This document shows, in pieces, positions 11,871 to 22,960 of a stretch of 64,000 nucleotides of DNA; the first letter of the stretch is position 1, and each line of letters begins with the position of its first letter. The stretch is from NCBI GenBank assembly GCA_963767925.1, contig CAVYGB010000002.1, positions 960,001 to 1,024,000 on the forward strand. Reading direction: 5' to 3'. Source of the DNA: an uncultured delta proteobacterium. GTDB taxonomy: Bacteria > Myxococcota_A > Polyangia > Fen-1088. The translations under genes were made by a program, and so were the position numbers. The notes under the pieces are model-generated. The model saw only the letters and a list, made by a program, of their open reading frames with translations. It was not told where the DNA came from and ran no database searches.

Positions 11871-12593
11871 CTAGCGCGCGTCCGGCGCGGCAGGGGTGGG
11901 TTGCGGCTGGTGCAGGCCGAAGGCGGCGCCTTGGGGGTCTTCGCAGGCGGCGGCGCGATCGCCGGTTGCGGTTCGCCAGGGGGGGAGGGCCAGGCCGCCG
12001 GCGGACTGCACCTTGCTGATGGCGGTGTCGATGTCGGGGACGGTGAAGTGGAACAGCCACTGCGGGTGGACCTGGGGGGGGCGGGCGGTGTTGGCCATGC
12101 CGCCCACGGTTACGGCCGATCGGTCCCAGGAGAACATCTGCTGGCGACCCGGGGCCGGGCCCAGGTCGACGGCCTCGGTGGCGGCCCAGCCGAAGAGCTC
12201 GGCGTACAGCGCGAAGGTCCGGCCCTCGTCCTCTCCGCAGTGCTGGTGCCAGCCCACGGCGGTCGGACCAGCCTCGGCGATCGCCCCCCGCACTCCCAGC
12301 GGCGCGCCGAACGGATCCCGCAAGATCGCCTGCAGCACGCCATCGTCGCCGGGGTGCAACGGCCTGAGCTGGACGCCGCCCAGCGCCACCATGCGTCCCG
12401 CCGCTGCCTCGACGTCGGCCACCCCGACATAGCCCCGCCAGTTGGCCGGCACGCCCAGCGCGGCCAGCCGCTCCGGCAGCGGCCCCACCGACACATCCAG
12501 CGCCCAGAACCCGGCCCCCAGCACCCCCGCGTAAAACGCCCGCCCCGCCTCCACATCCGTGGTCAGCAACTGGTACCGGCCAAACCGCTCCAT
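11871..12593 (-). CDS. VOC/glyoxalase family protein (two domains)
   Basis: LLTTDVEAGRAFY, WRGYVGVADVE, RDPFGA, CEDPQGAAFGL. Confidence 0.85.
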   Translation of the reverse strand: MERFGRYQLLTTDVEAGRAFYAGVLGAGFWALDVSVGPLPERLAALGVPANWRGYVGVADVEAAAGRMVALGGVQLRPLHPGDDGVLQAILRDPFGAPLGVRGAIAEAGPTAVGWHQHCGEDEGRTFALYAELFGWAATEAVDLGPAPGRQQMFSWDRSAVTVGGMANTARPPQVHPQWLFHFTVPDIDTAISKVQSAGGLALPPWRTATGDRAAACEDPQGAAFGLHQPQPTPAAPDAR

Positions 12594-12677
12594 CCCGCCC
12601 TTCCTACGCCCGCCCCGGCCGGCGCGCAAGCTGGGGCGGGGTCTTGAAAGAATGTGCCGCCCATGTATCGCTGAGCC

Positions 12678-13415
12678 ATGGACGCGACCGTCGAGTGGGT
12701 GAAGGCTGTCTGCGCCATCGTCGGGCTCGCCGCGCTGCCGGCGCTCGCCTGGTTCCTGGCGCGATCGCTCGAGCGGACCAAGAACGACCTGTCGAGGACG
12801 ATGCAGGACAACCTCGATCGCGATCGGCGCGAGGCGGGGCAGGAGCTGCAGCTCCTCAAGACCTGGATGGGGGAAGAGCTGCAGCGGCGCCTCGACGCCG
12901 ATCGGGCGACCGCCGCCCGCGACCTCGAGAAGATGAAGGGTGAGCTGGCCCGGGTGGGGCGGCTGGCCAGCGGTGAGAAGCGGGCGGCGGTGGCCTCCGA
13001 GACGCTGATGACGATCCTCGAGCTGCTCGACGCCCTCCGCAAGACCGAGATGGAATACCCCAAGCCCGACGAGCGCGAGCGCGCCAGCCGGGCCGAGTTC
13101 CGCAACGAGGTCCGCCGCCGCTGGGAGGAGGTCTCCAGCTACGAGCCGGCGTTGCGGCGGGTCTCGGCGCAGGCCTGCGTTCACCTGCCCGAGACGGCCG
13201 AGGATCTCATCCGCAAGGTGGCCCGCCTCAAGATGCGGATGAACATCCGGGTCCAGCGCTGGCTCCGCTCGCCCGACGCCAGCCTCGAGGCGCTGCCCGC
13301 CGACAGCGCCGGGATGTTGCTGGACGTCCCCTGGCCGCGCCTGGGCGAGGAGATCCGCCCGCTCGAGGACGAGGCGCGCGACCTGCTGCGGCCCCTGGCT
13401 CGCGCCGAGAGCTGA
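12678..13415 (+). CDS. hypothetical protein, N-terminal TM plus helical/coiled-coil region
   Basis: VCAIVGLAALPALAWFLA then E/R/L-rich helices; host-like codon usage. Confidence 0.7.
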   Translation: MDATVEWVKAVCAIVGLAALPALAWFLARSLERTKNDLSRTMQDNLDRDRREAGQELQLLKTWMGEELQRRLDADRATAARDLEKMKGELARVGRLASGEKRAAVASETLMTILELLDALRKTEMEYPKPDERERASRAEFRNEVRRRWEEVSSYEPALRRVSAQACVHLPETAEDLIRKVARLKMRMNIRVQRWLRSPDASLEALPADSAGMLLDVPWPRLGEEIRPLEDEARDLLRPLARAES

Positions 13416-13688
13416 GTCGCACGTCCCGGTGGCCCGGCCGCCGCTCGGCCAGGTAGGCGGGCTGCGGGCGACGGGTTGCTCGGTGGCCGCGCCCGGCTGA
13501 CAACCAACCGCGCTGGATCTCGCGATCCCCGCCCCGGGTTCTGGGCGGCGCCGCGTTCCTGGCGAACGAGCGCTCGACGGATCGCGCGGGGGCCCTGGCT
13601 ATCCTGACGCCTTGCAGGACCGGTCGAGGCGAACGAAAATGCACGGGGTCGCCCAACGCTGGAAGGTGGGCGGGATGGAGCAGAGGTG

Positions 13689-15065
13689 ATGTCGAACAGC
13701 TCCGAGAGAGGGCCCGCCGTCGAAGGCGTGCTGTCCGAGGCGAAATGGCTGCGCGGGCTGGCCAGGTACCTGGTCCGCGACCCGGCGGAGGCGGAGGACA
13801 TGGTCCAGGAGACCTGGGTGGCGACCCTGCGCGCCTCGCCCGAGCCGCGCTCCTCGATGCGCCCCTGGCTGGCGCAGGTCCTGCGCAACGTCTGCCGGCG
13901 GGGGGTGCGGGGGGCGGCCCGGCGCAGCTCGCGCGAGGCCGGGCTGGCCCAGCTCCAGGAAGGTGAGGTGGCGCCATCGACCGAGAGCATGCTGGCGCGC
14001 CTGGAGCTCGCGCGGGTCGTGTCGGAGACCGTGCGGAGCCTGGAGGAGCCGTACCGGACCACCCTCCTGCTGCGCTTCTTCGAGGACCGCCAGCCCGCGG
14101 AGATCGCGCGGGCCCAGGGCATCCCGGGGGGCACCGTGCGCTGGCGGCTGAGCGAAGGGCTGCGGCGGGTGCGCGCGCGGCTCGACGAGGCCCACGGGGG
14201 GAACCGGGAGACCTGGCGAGCGATCCTGCTGCTCCCCCTCCCGGCGCCGGCGGCGGCGCCCGTTCCACCGGGCGCCGCCCGGGCCAGCACCTCGTTCAGC
14301 GCCCGCACCGTCACCTGGATGGCGAGCGCCGCCCTGGTCCCGGCGCTCGTCGCGGGCCTGCTGCTCGGCCGGTCCAGCGAACCAGCCAGCGTCGCCCGCA
14401 CCGCCCCGCCCCCCGAACCCCCGAACCAACCCGAGGAGACGACCCGGATGACCAGCAACCAGAACCGGATGACCACCCTGTTTGGCCTCGTGCTGCCCGC
14501 GCTCGTCGCCAGCGGCGACGCGGCGGCCGCGCCCGACCGCTCCGCCAGCGCCACCGCGGCGCCCCCGCTCTGCGTGCCCGCGAACAACCCGGCCGGCTGC
14601 ATCGAGCTCATCCCCCGCGGCCAGCTCCCGGCGCCGGTGGAAGCGGCGCTGGCCCGCGCGATCGGCGGGCGCAAGGTGGACAAGCTGAAGATCGAGCCCC
14701 GCCTGCGCAAGGGACACGCCACCTACACCGTGAAGTTCGAGGTCAACGACCTCGACGAGGAGATCGCCTTCGGCGCCGAGGGCACCTTCATCGAGAGCGA
14801 GATCGACGTACCGCTCGCCGACCTGCCCCCGCTGATCACCCGGGCGCTGACCGCCGCCCTCCCCGGCGCGGTGGTGTCAAAAGCGGAGCTGCACAACGAG
14901 GCCGCGGTCAGCTTCCACGAGCTGGACAACGGCGTCCCCCGGGGCCCCCTGCGCCACCGCCCCGCCAGCCGCTTCTACGAGCTCGAGACCCACGGCCCCG
15001 ACGGCAAGCACAAGGTCAAGATCAGCGAAGACGGCAAGCTGCTGCAGAAGAAGCTGTCGCAATAG
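13689..15065 (+). CDS. ECF sigma-70 factor fused to hydrophobic segments and PepSY/BLIP-like repeats
   Basis: AEDMVQETW, RPWLAQVLRN, EIARAQGIPGGTVRWRL; C-terminal LPAPVEAAL / LPPLITRAL ... YELE ... VKISEDGKLL. Confidence 0.85.
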   Translation: MSNSSERGPAVEGVLSEAKWLRGLARYLVRDPAEAEDMVQETWVATLRASPEPRSSMRPWLAQVLRNVCRRGVRGAARRSSREAGLAQLQEGEVAPSTESMLARLELARVVSETVRSLEEPYRTTLLLRFFEDRQPAEIARAQGIPGGTVRWRLSEGLRRVRARLDEAHGGNRETWRAILLLPLPAPAAAPVPPGAARASTSFSARTVTWMASAALVPALVAGLLLGRSSEPASVARTAPPPEPPNQPEETTRMTSNQNRMTTLFGLVLPALVASGDAAAAPDRSASATAAPPLCVPANNPAGCIELIPRGQLPAPVEAALARAIGGRKVDKLKIEPRLRKGHATYTVKFEVNDLDEEIAFGAEGTFIESEIDVPLADLPPLITRALTAALPGAVVSKAELHNEAAVSFHELDNGVPRGPLRHRPASRFYELETHGPDGKHKVKISEDGKLLQKKLSQ

Positions 15066-15186
15066 GAAACCGGCTCGTGGCCGGGCCAGCTACGACCTGG
15101 GCGGGTGCTTCGGCAGCGTGCTCCCCTCAGTCCGGAGGTAACATTCGTACAAGCCGGGGGGCGGCCCGGTCGTTACCCTTGTCGGT

Positions 15187-15588
15187 ATGAGAGAAGCGAT
15201 CTTCGTCGCGCCGGGCGGGGGGCGGGCTTATCCGATGGGGCGCATCGCGAGCGCGTTTCTCGCGGATGGCGCCGAGACGGAGGGGAAATATTCCATCTCC
15301 GAGTGGTGGCTCGAGGCGAACACCAAGGGGCCCGGCGCGCACCACCACGAGGAGGACGACGTCTTCTTCGTCCTCGAGGGGACCATCACCTTCCTGCTGG
15401 GAGACCGCTGGATCGACGCGCCCCGCGGGTCGTTCGTGCTGGCCCCCGGCGGCCTGACCCACGACTTCGAGAACCGCTCCGGCGCCCGGGCCGGCGTCCT
15501 GAACTTCTCGGTCCCCGGGAACTTCGAGGCCAACATGCCCGGCATCGCAGAGTGGTTCGCCCGGAACCCACCCGCCGACGCCCGCTGA
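15187..15588 (+). CDS. cupin-domain protein
   Basis: GPGAHHHEEDDVFFVLEG...PGGLTHDFEN. Confidence 0.9.
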   Translation: MREAIFVAPGGGRAYPMGRIASAFLADGAETEGKYSISEWWLEANTKGPGAHHHEEDDVFFVLEGTITFLLGDRWIDAPRGSFVLAPGGLTHDFENRSGARAGVLNFSVPGNFEANMPGIAEWFARNPPADAR

Positions 15589-15734
15589 CCACCCGGCCGG
15601 GGCCCTGGCGCGGCCCGCGGGGCTCCGACGCACCCCGGGCCGAGCGCCGTCGGGTAAACTGGAGGCATGTGCGCTTCAGCCGGGCGGATCACGGGCGGCG
15701 GGGATACCTCGGCACGGCCCGGGAGGCCCCGGCG

Positions 15735-16241
15735 GTGACGGCGGGAAAGGTTCGAACCGCCTACGACCTGCTGGGGGTTGCGCCGACCGCGAGCGCGGAG
15801 CAGATCCGCGCGGCCTACCTGGAGCTGATCGCCCGGTACCATCCGGACCGCCACGCGGGGCACCCGCTGGCGGGGCTGGCGGCGGAGCGGGCGACCGAGC
15901 TCAACGAGGCCTACCGCGTCCTCTCCGACGTCGGGAGGCGGGCCGTCCACGACGAGGACATCCGGCTGGCGGCGACGAAGGCCTCGGCGCGGGCGCGGGT
16001 GGCGCGCGAGGCGCGGGCGCTGGTCATCCTGCTGCGGGTGCTGGCGATCGGGGTGGCGTTCGTGCTCGTGCTGCGCCTGTCGCCGCTGCTGTGGCGGGCC
16101 CTCGGGGGCCTGGCGCGCGCCGTCCAGCAGGCCCTTGCCGGGGCGAGCGGCACCCCCCTGACGCTGCTGTTTCCGCTGGCGGTCGTCACCGGCATCGTCG
16201 TCTCGGTGCTCCGGAAGCGCCGCGGGCGGACGAAGAAGTAG
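15735..16241 (+). CDS. J-domain (DnaJ-like) membrane protein
   Basis: GGAGG RBS, GTG start; YDLLGV..IRAAY..YHPD..LNEAYRVLSD; two C-terminal TM segments. Confidence 0.88.
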   Translation: MTAGKVRTAYDLLGVAPTASAEQIRAAYLELIARYHPDRHAGHPLAGLAAERATELNEAYRVLSDVGRRAVHDEDIRLAATKASARARVAREARALVILLRVLAIGVAFVLVLRLSPLLWRALGGLARAVQQALAGASGTPLTLLFPLAVVTGIVVSVLRKRRGRTKK

Positions 16242-16360
16242 CCCGCGGGAAGCGGACAGCGGCCCGTCCTGGAACGGTGCGCACCGGGCGCCGCCAGAAC
16301 CAGGGCGGCCACTGTCGAACCGGCGTCCGTCGATGGCTATCTTGAGGGCTGGAGGCAATC

Positions 16361-16741
16361 ATGGCGACCTTGCAGGTGACCGAGGCCAACTTCGACGCGA
16401 CCGTCAAGAAGGGGATCGTGCTGCTCGACTTCTGGGCGGCGTGGTGCGGGCCCTGTCGGGTGTTCGGGCCGATCTTCGAGGCGGCGGCCGAGCGCCACCC
16501 CGACGTCGTGTTCGGCAAGGTCGACACCGAGGCCCAGGGCGCGCTCGCCGCGGCCTTCGAGGTCCGGGCCATCCCGACCCTGGCGGTGCTGCGCGACGGA
16601 GTCCTGCTCGGCGCGCAGCCCGGCGTGATGGCGGCCGAGGCCCTCGACGATCTCATCGAGAAGGTCCGGGCCATCGACATGCAGGAGGTCCAGCGGCAGC
16701 TCTCCGAGCCCGCGACCGCGGCCCCCGCCGAAGGCGAATGA
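16361..16741 (+). CDS. trxA: thioredoxin
   Basis: DFWAAWCGPC, IPTL cis-Pro motif. Confidence 0.92.
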   Translation: MATLQVTEANFDATVKKGIVLLDFWAAWCGPCRVFGPIFEAAAERHPDVVFGKVDTEAQGALAAAFEVRAIPTLAVLRDGVLLGAQPGVMAAEALDDLIEKVRAIDMQEVQRQLSEPATAAPAEGE

Positions 16742-16859
16742 GCCAGCCGCGGCCGGCCCGCCCAGGCGGGCCCGGCCCGGGCTGATCCTGGCGCACCCCA
16801 CCAGGGTGGGCGTTTTCGGGATGGGTTGGGGCCGTCATGGCGGCTATCCTCCCGGCCCC

Positions 16860-17240
16860 ATGTCCGTGCTGCCTGCCGTCAACCCGAAGAAGAAGTCGCT
16901 CATGCCCTCGGGCGATCTGCGCCGCCGCCTGCGCGGCCTCGTCCACGGCCTCGCTCCGATCGTTCACATCGGCAAGGAAGGGGTGACCCCCGCCCTGGTT
17001 CGCCAGCTCACGCAGGCGCTGTCCGACCACGAGCTGGTGAAGACGAAGATCGGCTCGGAGTGCCCCGAGGACCGCTTCGAAGTGGCCGAGCGCCTCGCCG
17101 CCGAGCCCGGGGTCCGGGTCGTGCAGATCCTCGGCCGCACGGTGGCCGTCTACAAGCGCCACCCCCAGAAGCCCCGCTACGAAGGCAGCAGGGCCACCCC
17201 CCGGCCCGCGCGCCCTGCACGTCGCTCGCGCCGCAAGTAG
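16860..17240 (+). CDS. yhbY: YhbY/CRM-domain RNA-binding protein
   Basis: LRGLVHGLAPIVHIGKEG, HELVKTK, VQILGRTVAVYK; start uncertain. Confidence 0.9.
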   Translation: MSVLPAVNPKKKSLMPSGDLRRRLRGLVHGLAPIVHIGKEGVTPALVRQLTQALSDHELVKTKIGSECPEDRFEVAERLAAEPGVRVVQILGRTVAVYKRHPQKPRYEGSRATPRPARPARRSRRK

Positions 17241-17333
17241 GTCTTCACTCGGGGCGCCTCCTCTCCCGGCGCCCTCGCGCCTGATCGGGGAGAAAGCGGT
17301 TGGCTTCGCGACCGTGTTCCGTATCTTGGGGCG

Positions 17334-20224
17334 GTGCCGCTGGTGGCCCTCCTCGTCGTCCCCATGATCGCCGCCCTGGTGGCGGGGCTGCTCCCGACGG
17401 CGGCCCGCAACCGGGCGGCGGCGCTGGCCGGCCTGACGGCGGTGGCGGGGCTGATCGGGGTGGCCCTCCGTTTCCCGGGGGCCGGTGGCGGGCGGCTGGT
17501 GATCGATCGCTTCGCCTGGGTGCCGGCGCTGGGGCTGGACCTCGTGCTCCGGCTGGACGGGCTGTCCTGGGTGTTCTGCGTGCTCGTCCTCGGCATCGGA
17601 GCGCTGGTCATCCTGTACGCCCGCTATTACCTGTCGCCCGCCGATCCGGTGCCGAGGTTCTACGCCTTCCTCCTGGCCTTCCTGGCCTCGATGCTGGGCG
17701 TGGTCCTGTCCGGGAACGTCCTGCAGCTCGCCTTCTTCTGGGAGCTGACCTCCCTGTTGTCGTTCCTGCTCATCGGGTACTGGAACCAGCGGCGGGACGC
17801 CCAGCGCGGGGCCCGAACGGCCCTGCTGGTGACCGGGCTGGGGGGGCTGTGCCTGCTGGCCGGCCTGCTGGTGCTCGGGCGGATCGCGGGCAGCTACGAC
17901 CTGGCGGTCATCCTCACGCGCGCGGGCGCGGTGAAGGCCCACGCCCTCTACCCGGTGGCGCTGGTCCTGATCCTGATGGGCGCCTTCACCAAGAGCGCCC
18001 AGTTCCCCTTCCAGTTCTGGCTGCCCCGGGCGATGGCCGCCCCCACCCCCGTCTCGGCCTACCTGCATTCGGCCACCATGGTGAAGCTGGGCGTGTTCCT
18101 GCTGGCCCGGCTCTGGCCGGTGCTCGCGGGGACCCAGCTCTGGTTCTGGCTGGTCGGATCGGTCGGGCTGGTCACCTTGCTGGTGGGCGCCTGGGCGGCC
18201 CTGTTCCAGCGCGACCTGAAGGGGCTGCTCGCCTACTCCACCATCTCGCACCTCGGCCTGATCGTGTTGCTGCTCGGCCTGAACAGCCCCCTGGCCGCCG
18301 TGGCGGCGCTGTTTCACACCATGAACCACGCCATGTTCAAGGCCTCGCTCTTCATGGCCGCCGGCATCATCGACCACGAGACCGGGACCCGCGACATCCG
18401 CCGGCTCTCGGGGCTGTTCCGGCTGATGCCGATCACCGGGACCCTGGCCCTGGTGGCGACCGCCGCCATGGCGGGGGTCCCCCTGCTCAACGGCTTCCTG
18501 TCGAAGGAGATGTTCTTCGCCGAGACCGTCCTGGTCGACGCCGTCCCCGCCGTCCAGTGGGTGCTGCCCATCGCCGCCACCGCCGCCGGCATGGGCAGCG
18601 TCGCCTATTCGCTGCGCTTCGCGCGCGACGTCTTCTTCGGCCCGGAGGCCGACCGCGACACCCCCCGCGTCCCCGAGGAGCCCCCCAAGTGGATGCGGGT
18701 ACCGGTCGAGGTGCTGGTCCTGGTCTGCCTCGTGGTGGGCATCGCGCCCGCCGCCTCGATCGGCCCCCTGCTCGAGGCCGCCGCCCGGTCCGTCGTCGGC
18801 GGCGAGGTGCCGGCCTACAGCCTGAAGCTGTGGCACGGCTTCACCCCCGCCCTCCTGATGAGCGCCCTGGCGCTCGCCGGCGGCACCCTGGTGTACCGGC
18901 TGGTCCGCCGGCTCGAGGCGGTTCGCCCCGAGCTGATCCGCACCCTGGGCCGCCACCTCGACGGGGCCCGGTTCTTCACCACCTCGCTGGCCTGGCTGAC
19001 CGGCGCCAGCCGCTGGATCCGGCGGCGGCTGCTCACCGCCGGGCTGCAGCGACAGTTCCTCGCGCTGGTTGTCGTCACCCTGGTGGTGGGGGTGCCGATG
19101 TTGTGGGGCGACGTCGGCAAGGGCGAGCGGCCCCTGGTGCCGCTGTCGCCGATCTTCGTCGCCCTCTGGGCGGTCGGGGGCGTCGCCGCCCTGGGAGCAG
19201 CCTGGCAGGCCAAGTTTCACCGGCTCGCCGCCGTCATGCTCGCCGGCGCGGCCGGCGCGGTCTGCTGCGTGACCTTCATCTGGTTCTCGGCGCCCGACCT
19301 GGCGCTCACCCAGATCATCGTCGAGGGGTGACGACGCTGCTGATCCTGCTGGGCCTGCGCTGGCTCCCGCCGCGCGAGCCGCGGCGGGGGGTGTACGACG
19401 CCCGCACCCTGCGGGTGGCCCGCTGGCGCCGGGCCCGGGACCTGGCCATCGCGCTGAGCGCGGGGGGCGGGATGGCCATCCTGGCCTACGCCGTGATGAC
19501 GAGAGACTTCCCCGAGCGCACCTCGTTTTACCTGGAGAACGCCCTCACCGGCGGCGGCGGGCGGAACGTGGTCAACGTGATGCTGGTGGACTTCCGGGGC
19601 TTCGACACCTTCGGCGAGGGGGTCGTGCTCGCGCTGGTCGCCCTCACGGTCTACGCCCTGCTCCGGCGCTTCCGGCCGGCCAGCGAGATGCTGGCCGTGA
19701 CGCCCCAGCAGCAGGCCCTCCCCCGCGATCTCCAGACCGACCTGGTGAATCCGCGCCGGGTGCGGGACACCGCCGTGGGGTACCTCATGGTCCCGGCCGT
19801 CCTGGTGCGGTTGCTGCTGCCGGTGGCGGGCATGGTGTCCGCCTTCTTCTTCCTGCGGGGCCACAACGACCCGGGCGGCGGCTTCGTGGCCGGGCTGGTC
19901 CTGTCGGTGGGGTTCCTGCTCCAGTACGTCGTGTCGGGCACCGCGTGGGTCGAGCAGCGGGTGCGCCTGGCCCCGCCCCGGCTGATCGCCCTCGGGCTGC
20001 TGCTCGTGCTGGGGACGGCCGCCGCCCCGCTGCTGGTCGGGCTGCCGCTGCTGACCGCGCGCACGCTCCCCCTGCACCTGCCGGTGATCGGCGAGGTCCA
20101 CCTGGGCAGCGTCCTCTTCTTCGACCTGGGGGTCTTCAGCATCGTGATCGGCTCCACCCTGCTCATCCTGGTCGCCCTGGCCCACCAGTCGATCCGGGCC
20201 CACCGCGCCCCGGCGGGAGACTGA
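17334..20224 (+). CDS. phaA: Mrp/Pha monovalent cation/H+ antiporter subunit A-B fusion, 1-nt frameshift near 19326
   Basis: FWELTS, TKSAQFPF, AAPTPVSAYLHSATMVK; APDLALTQIIVE continues in another frame as VTTLLILLGL..DFRGFDTFGE..GHNDPGGGF. Confidence 0.93.
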
Positions 20225-20562
20225 TGGAGGTCGTGCTCGCGGTCGCGATCGGCCTGCTGACCGGCTCCGGGGTCTGGCTGCTGCTGCGGCCGCGCACCTT
20301 CCAGGTCATCGTCGGGCTCTCGCTGGTCTCCTATGCGGTCAACCTGTTCATCTTCAGCATGGGCGGGCTCGCCATCGACAAGGAGCCCATCCTCGTCGAC
20401 GGGGTGGCGGCCGATCTTCGCAACTACACCGACCCCGTGCCCCAGTCCCTCGTCCTGACCGCCATCGTGATCGGCTTCGCGATGACCGCCCTCCTCCTCG
20501 TCGTCATCCTGGCCTCACGCGGGATGACCGGGACCGACCACGTCGACGGGACCGAGCCATGA
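20224..20562 (+). CDS. phaC: Mrp/Pha antiporter subunit C
   Basis: YTDPVPQSLVLTAIVIGFA; TGATG overlap. Confidence 0.93.
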   Translation: MEVVLAVAIGLLTGSGVWLLLRPRTFQVIVGLSLVSYAVNLFIFSMGGLAIDKEPILVDGVAADLRNYTDPVPQSLVLTAIVIGFAMTALLLVVILASRGMTGTDHVDGTEP

Positions 20563-22197
20563 ACGCGCTCCTGCGGGGCCTGCCGGATCTGATCGTCGCC
20601 CCGGTGCTGCTGCCGATGGCGACCGCGGCGACCATGATCCTCCTCGGCGAGCGCCGGCGCCGGGCCCGGCTGGTCCTGGGCATCGGGTCGGGCGCGCTGG
20701 GCCTCCTCGTCGCGCTCGTCCTGTACGCCCGGGTGGAGGCCCAGGGCGTCCTGGCTTACCTGCCCGGGAACTGGCCCGCCCCGTTCGGCATCTCCCTGGC
20801 GGTGGACCGCCTCTCGGCCACCATGCTGGTGCTGACCTGGACCCTGGGGAGCTGCGCGGTCACCTTCGCCGCCGCCCGCTGGGATCGGGCCGGGATCTCA
20901 CTTTCACCCCTTGCTGCAGCTCCTGCTCATGGGCCTGTCGGGCGCCTTCATCACCGCCGACGTGTTCAACCTGTTCGTGTTCTTCGAGATCCTGCTGGCC
21001 GCCTCGTACGGGCTGCTGCTGCACGGCTCGGGCGAGCCGCGGGTCCGGGCCAGCGTGCGCTACGTGGCGATGAACCTGGGGGCCTCCTCGCTCTTCCTGA
21101 TCGGGGCCTCGATCATCTACGGCGTCACCGGGACCCTCAACATGGCCGAGCTGGCCGCCCGGCTGAGCGACGCCTCGTTGGCCAACCGCCACCTGATCGA
21201 CGCGGGCGCCGCCATCCTGGCGGTGGCCTTCCTGATCAAGGCGGCGGCCTGGCCCCTCAACTTCTGGCTGGCCCCGGCCTACGCGGCGGCGACCCCGCCG
21301 GTGGCCGCCCTCTTCGTCCTGCTCACCAAGGTCGGGATCTATGCCCTGGTCCGGCTCTGGACGCTGATGTTCGCTGGCGGACCGCTGGCCGGCTTCGGGG
21401 CGGACGGCCTGCTCGTGTTCGGGGTTGTCACCGCGGCGCTGGCCGCGCTGGGGATGCTCGCCAGCAACGGCCTGGCGGTCCAGGCCGCCTGGGGCGTCGT
21501 GGTCTCGGCCGGCACCCTCCTCGCCGCGCTGGGGGTCGGCCGCGAGGAGGTGCTCGGCAGCGCCCTGTTTTACCTGGTGGGATCGACGCTGGCGTCGAGC
21601 GCGTTTTTCCTGCTGATCGATCTCATCGAGCGCTGGCGGGCCGGCGCGACCATCGTCGACGACGCCCCCTACCTGAGCGCCACCCTGCACTACGAGGAGG
21701 TCAACCTCGACGACGAGGAGGAGCCGCTGGTGGCCCTGCCCTTCCCGGCCTCCACCGCCCTGATGGGCCTGGCCTTCGTGGCCTGCACCCTGATGATCGC
21801 CGGGCTGCCGCCCCTGCCGACCTTCGTGGCCAAGCTGGGCATGCTCTCGGCGGCCCTGGGGGTGTCCGGGACGGAGGGCGGCGTCGCGGGACAGACCTGG
21901 GTGTTCGTGGGCGCCCTGCTGCTCACGGCCTTCCTCACCCTCGCGGCCCTCACCCGGACCGGCATCCGCACCTTCTGGACGCAGATGCAGCGGGAGGCGC
22001 CCCGGGTGCGGGTGGCCGAAGGCCTGCCGGTTGTCACCCTGCTGGCCCTCTGTGGCGCCCTCACGCTGGGAGCGGGCCCGGCGATGGACCGGGCCCGCGC
22101 GACCGCCCGATCGCTCTACGACCGGCAAGGGTACATCGACGCCGTCCTCGGGGCCCGGGTGCGCCCGCCGGCGGCCGCCCGGGAGGTGGGCCCATGA
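20559..22197 (+). CDS. phaD: Mrp/Pha antiporter subunit D, 1-nt frameshift near 20898
   Basis: GNWPAPFGISLAVDRLS in first frame; DVFNLFVFFEILLAASY, KAAAWPLNFWL in second. Confidence 0.92.
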
Positions 22198-22685
22198 GGC
22201 GCCTGCTCCTGCCTTCCCCGGTGCTCTCGCTCGCCCTGTTCGTGCTGTGGATCCTGCTGACCCAGTCGGTGAGCGCGGGGACGCTGATCCTGGGGGCGGC
22301 TCTGGCCCTGTTCTGGCCTGCGGCCACGCAGCGCTTGCGGCCCACCCCGGTGCGGCTGCGCCGGCCGCTGGTGCTGGCTCGCCTCGTCGGCCGGGTGATC
22401 GTCGAGATGGTCCGCTCGAACGCCGAGGTGGCCTGGATCATCCTCACCCGGCGGCCGGCGCGCATCCCCTCCGGCTTCGTCCAGATCCCCCTCGAGCTGA
22501 AGGACCCCAGCGCGCTCGCCGCGCTGGCGATGATCGTGACCTTCACCCCCGGCACGGCCTGGGCCCAGCTCTCGGCCGACAGCCGGACCCTGCTCTTGCA
22601 CGTCCTCATCCTGCGCGACGAGGCCGAGACGATCGCCCTCATCAAGGCCCGCTACGAGCAGCCTCTCCGGGAGATCTTCCAATGA
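22194..22685 (+). CDS. phaE: Mrp/Pha antiporter subunit E
   Basis: IVTFTPGT, LLLHVL, IKARYEQPLREIF; ATGA overlap. Confidence 0.92.
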   Translation: MRRLLLPSPVLSLALFVLWILLTQSVSAGTLILGAALALFWPAATQRLRPTPVRLRRPLVLARLVGRVIVEMVRSNAEVAWIILTRRPARIPSGFVQIPLELKDPSALAALAMIVTFTPGTAWAQLSADSRTLLLHVLILRDEAETIALIKARYEQPLREIFQ

Positions 22686-22960
22686 GCGGCCTGCTCTCCT
22701 TCGCCCTGGCGTTTGCCCTGGGGTGCCTCGCCCTCTCCCTGATGTTCGCCCTGGCCCGGCTGTTCCTCGGCCCGCGGGCGGAGGACCGGGTGCTGGCCTT
22801 CGATTGCCTCTATCTGAATACGATGCTGCTGGTCCTGGCGCTGGGGCTCATCTATCAGAGCAGCTCCTGCTTCGAGGCGGCGCTCCTCATCGCGCTGTTC
22901 GGCTTCGTTAGCTCGAGCGCCATGGCCAAGTTCCTGTTGCGGGGGGAGATCATCGAATGA
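22682..22960 (+). CDS. phaF: Mrp/Pha antiporter subunit F
   Basis: GPRAEDRVLAFD, AKFLLRGEIIE; ATGA overlap. Confidence 0.92.
   Translation: MSGLLSFALAFALGCLALSLMFALARLFLGPRAEDRVLAFDCLYLNTMLLVLALGLIYQSSSCFEAALLIALFGFVSSSAMAKFLLRGEIIE

Noticed and set aside
11617..11874. Small ORF or structured RNA between the antiporter and VOC genes
   Set aside because: No recognisable motif, RBS or convincing fold
19315..20911. Programmed frameshifting in phaA and phaD
   Set aside because: No slippery heptamer seen, the two shifts have opposite sign, and similar indels occur in unrelated genes
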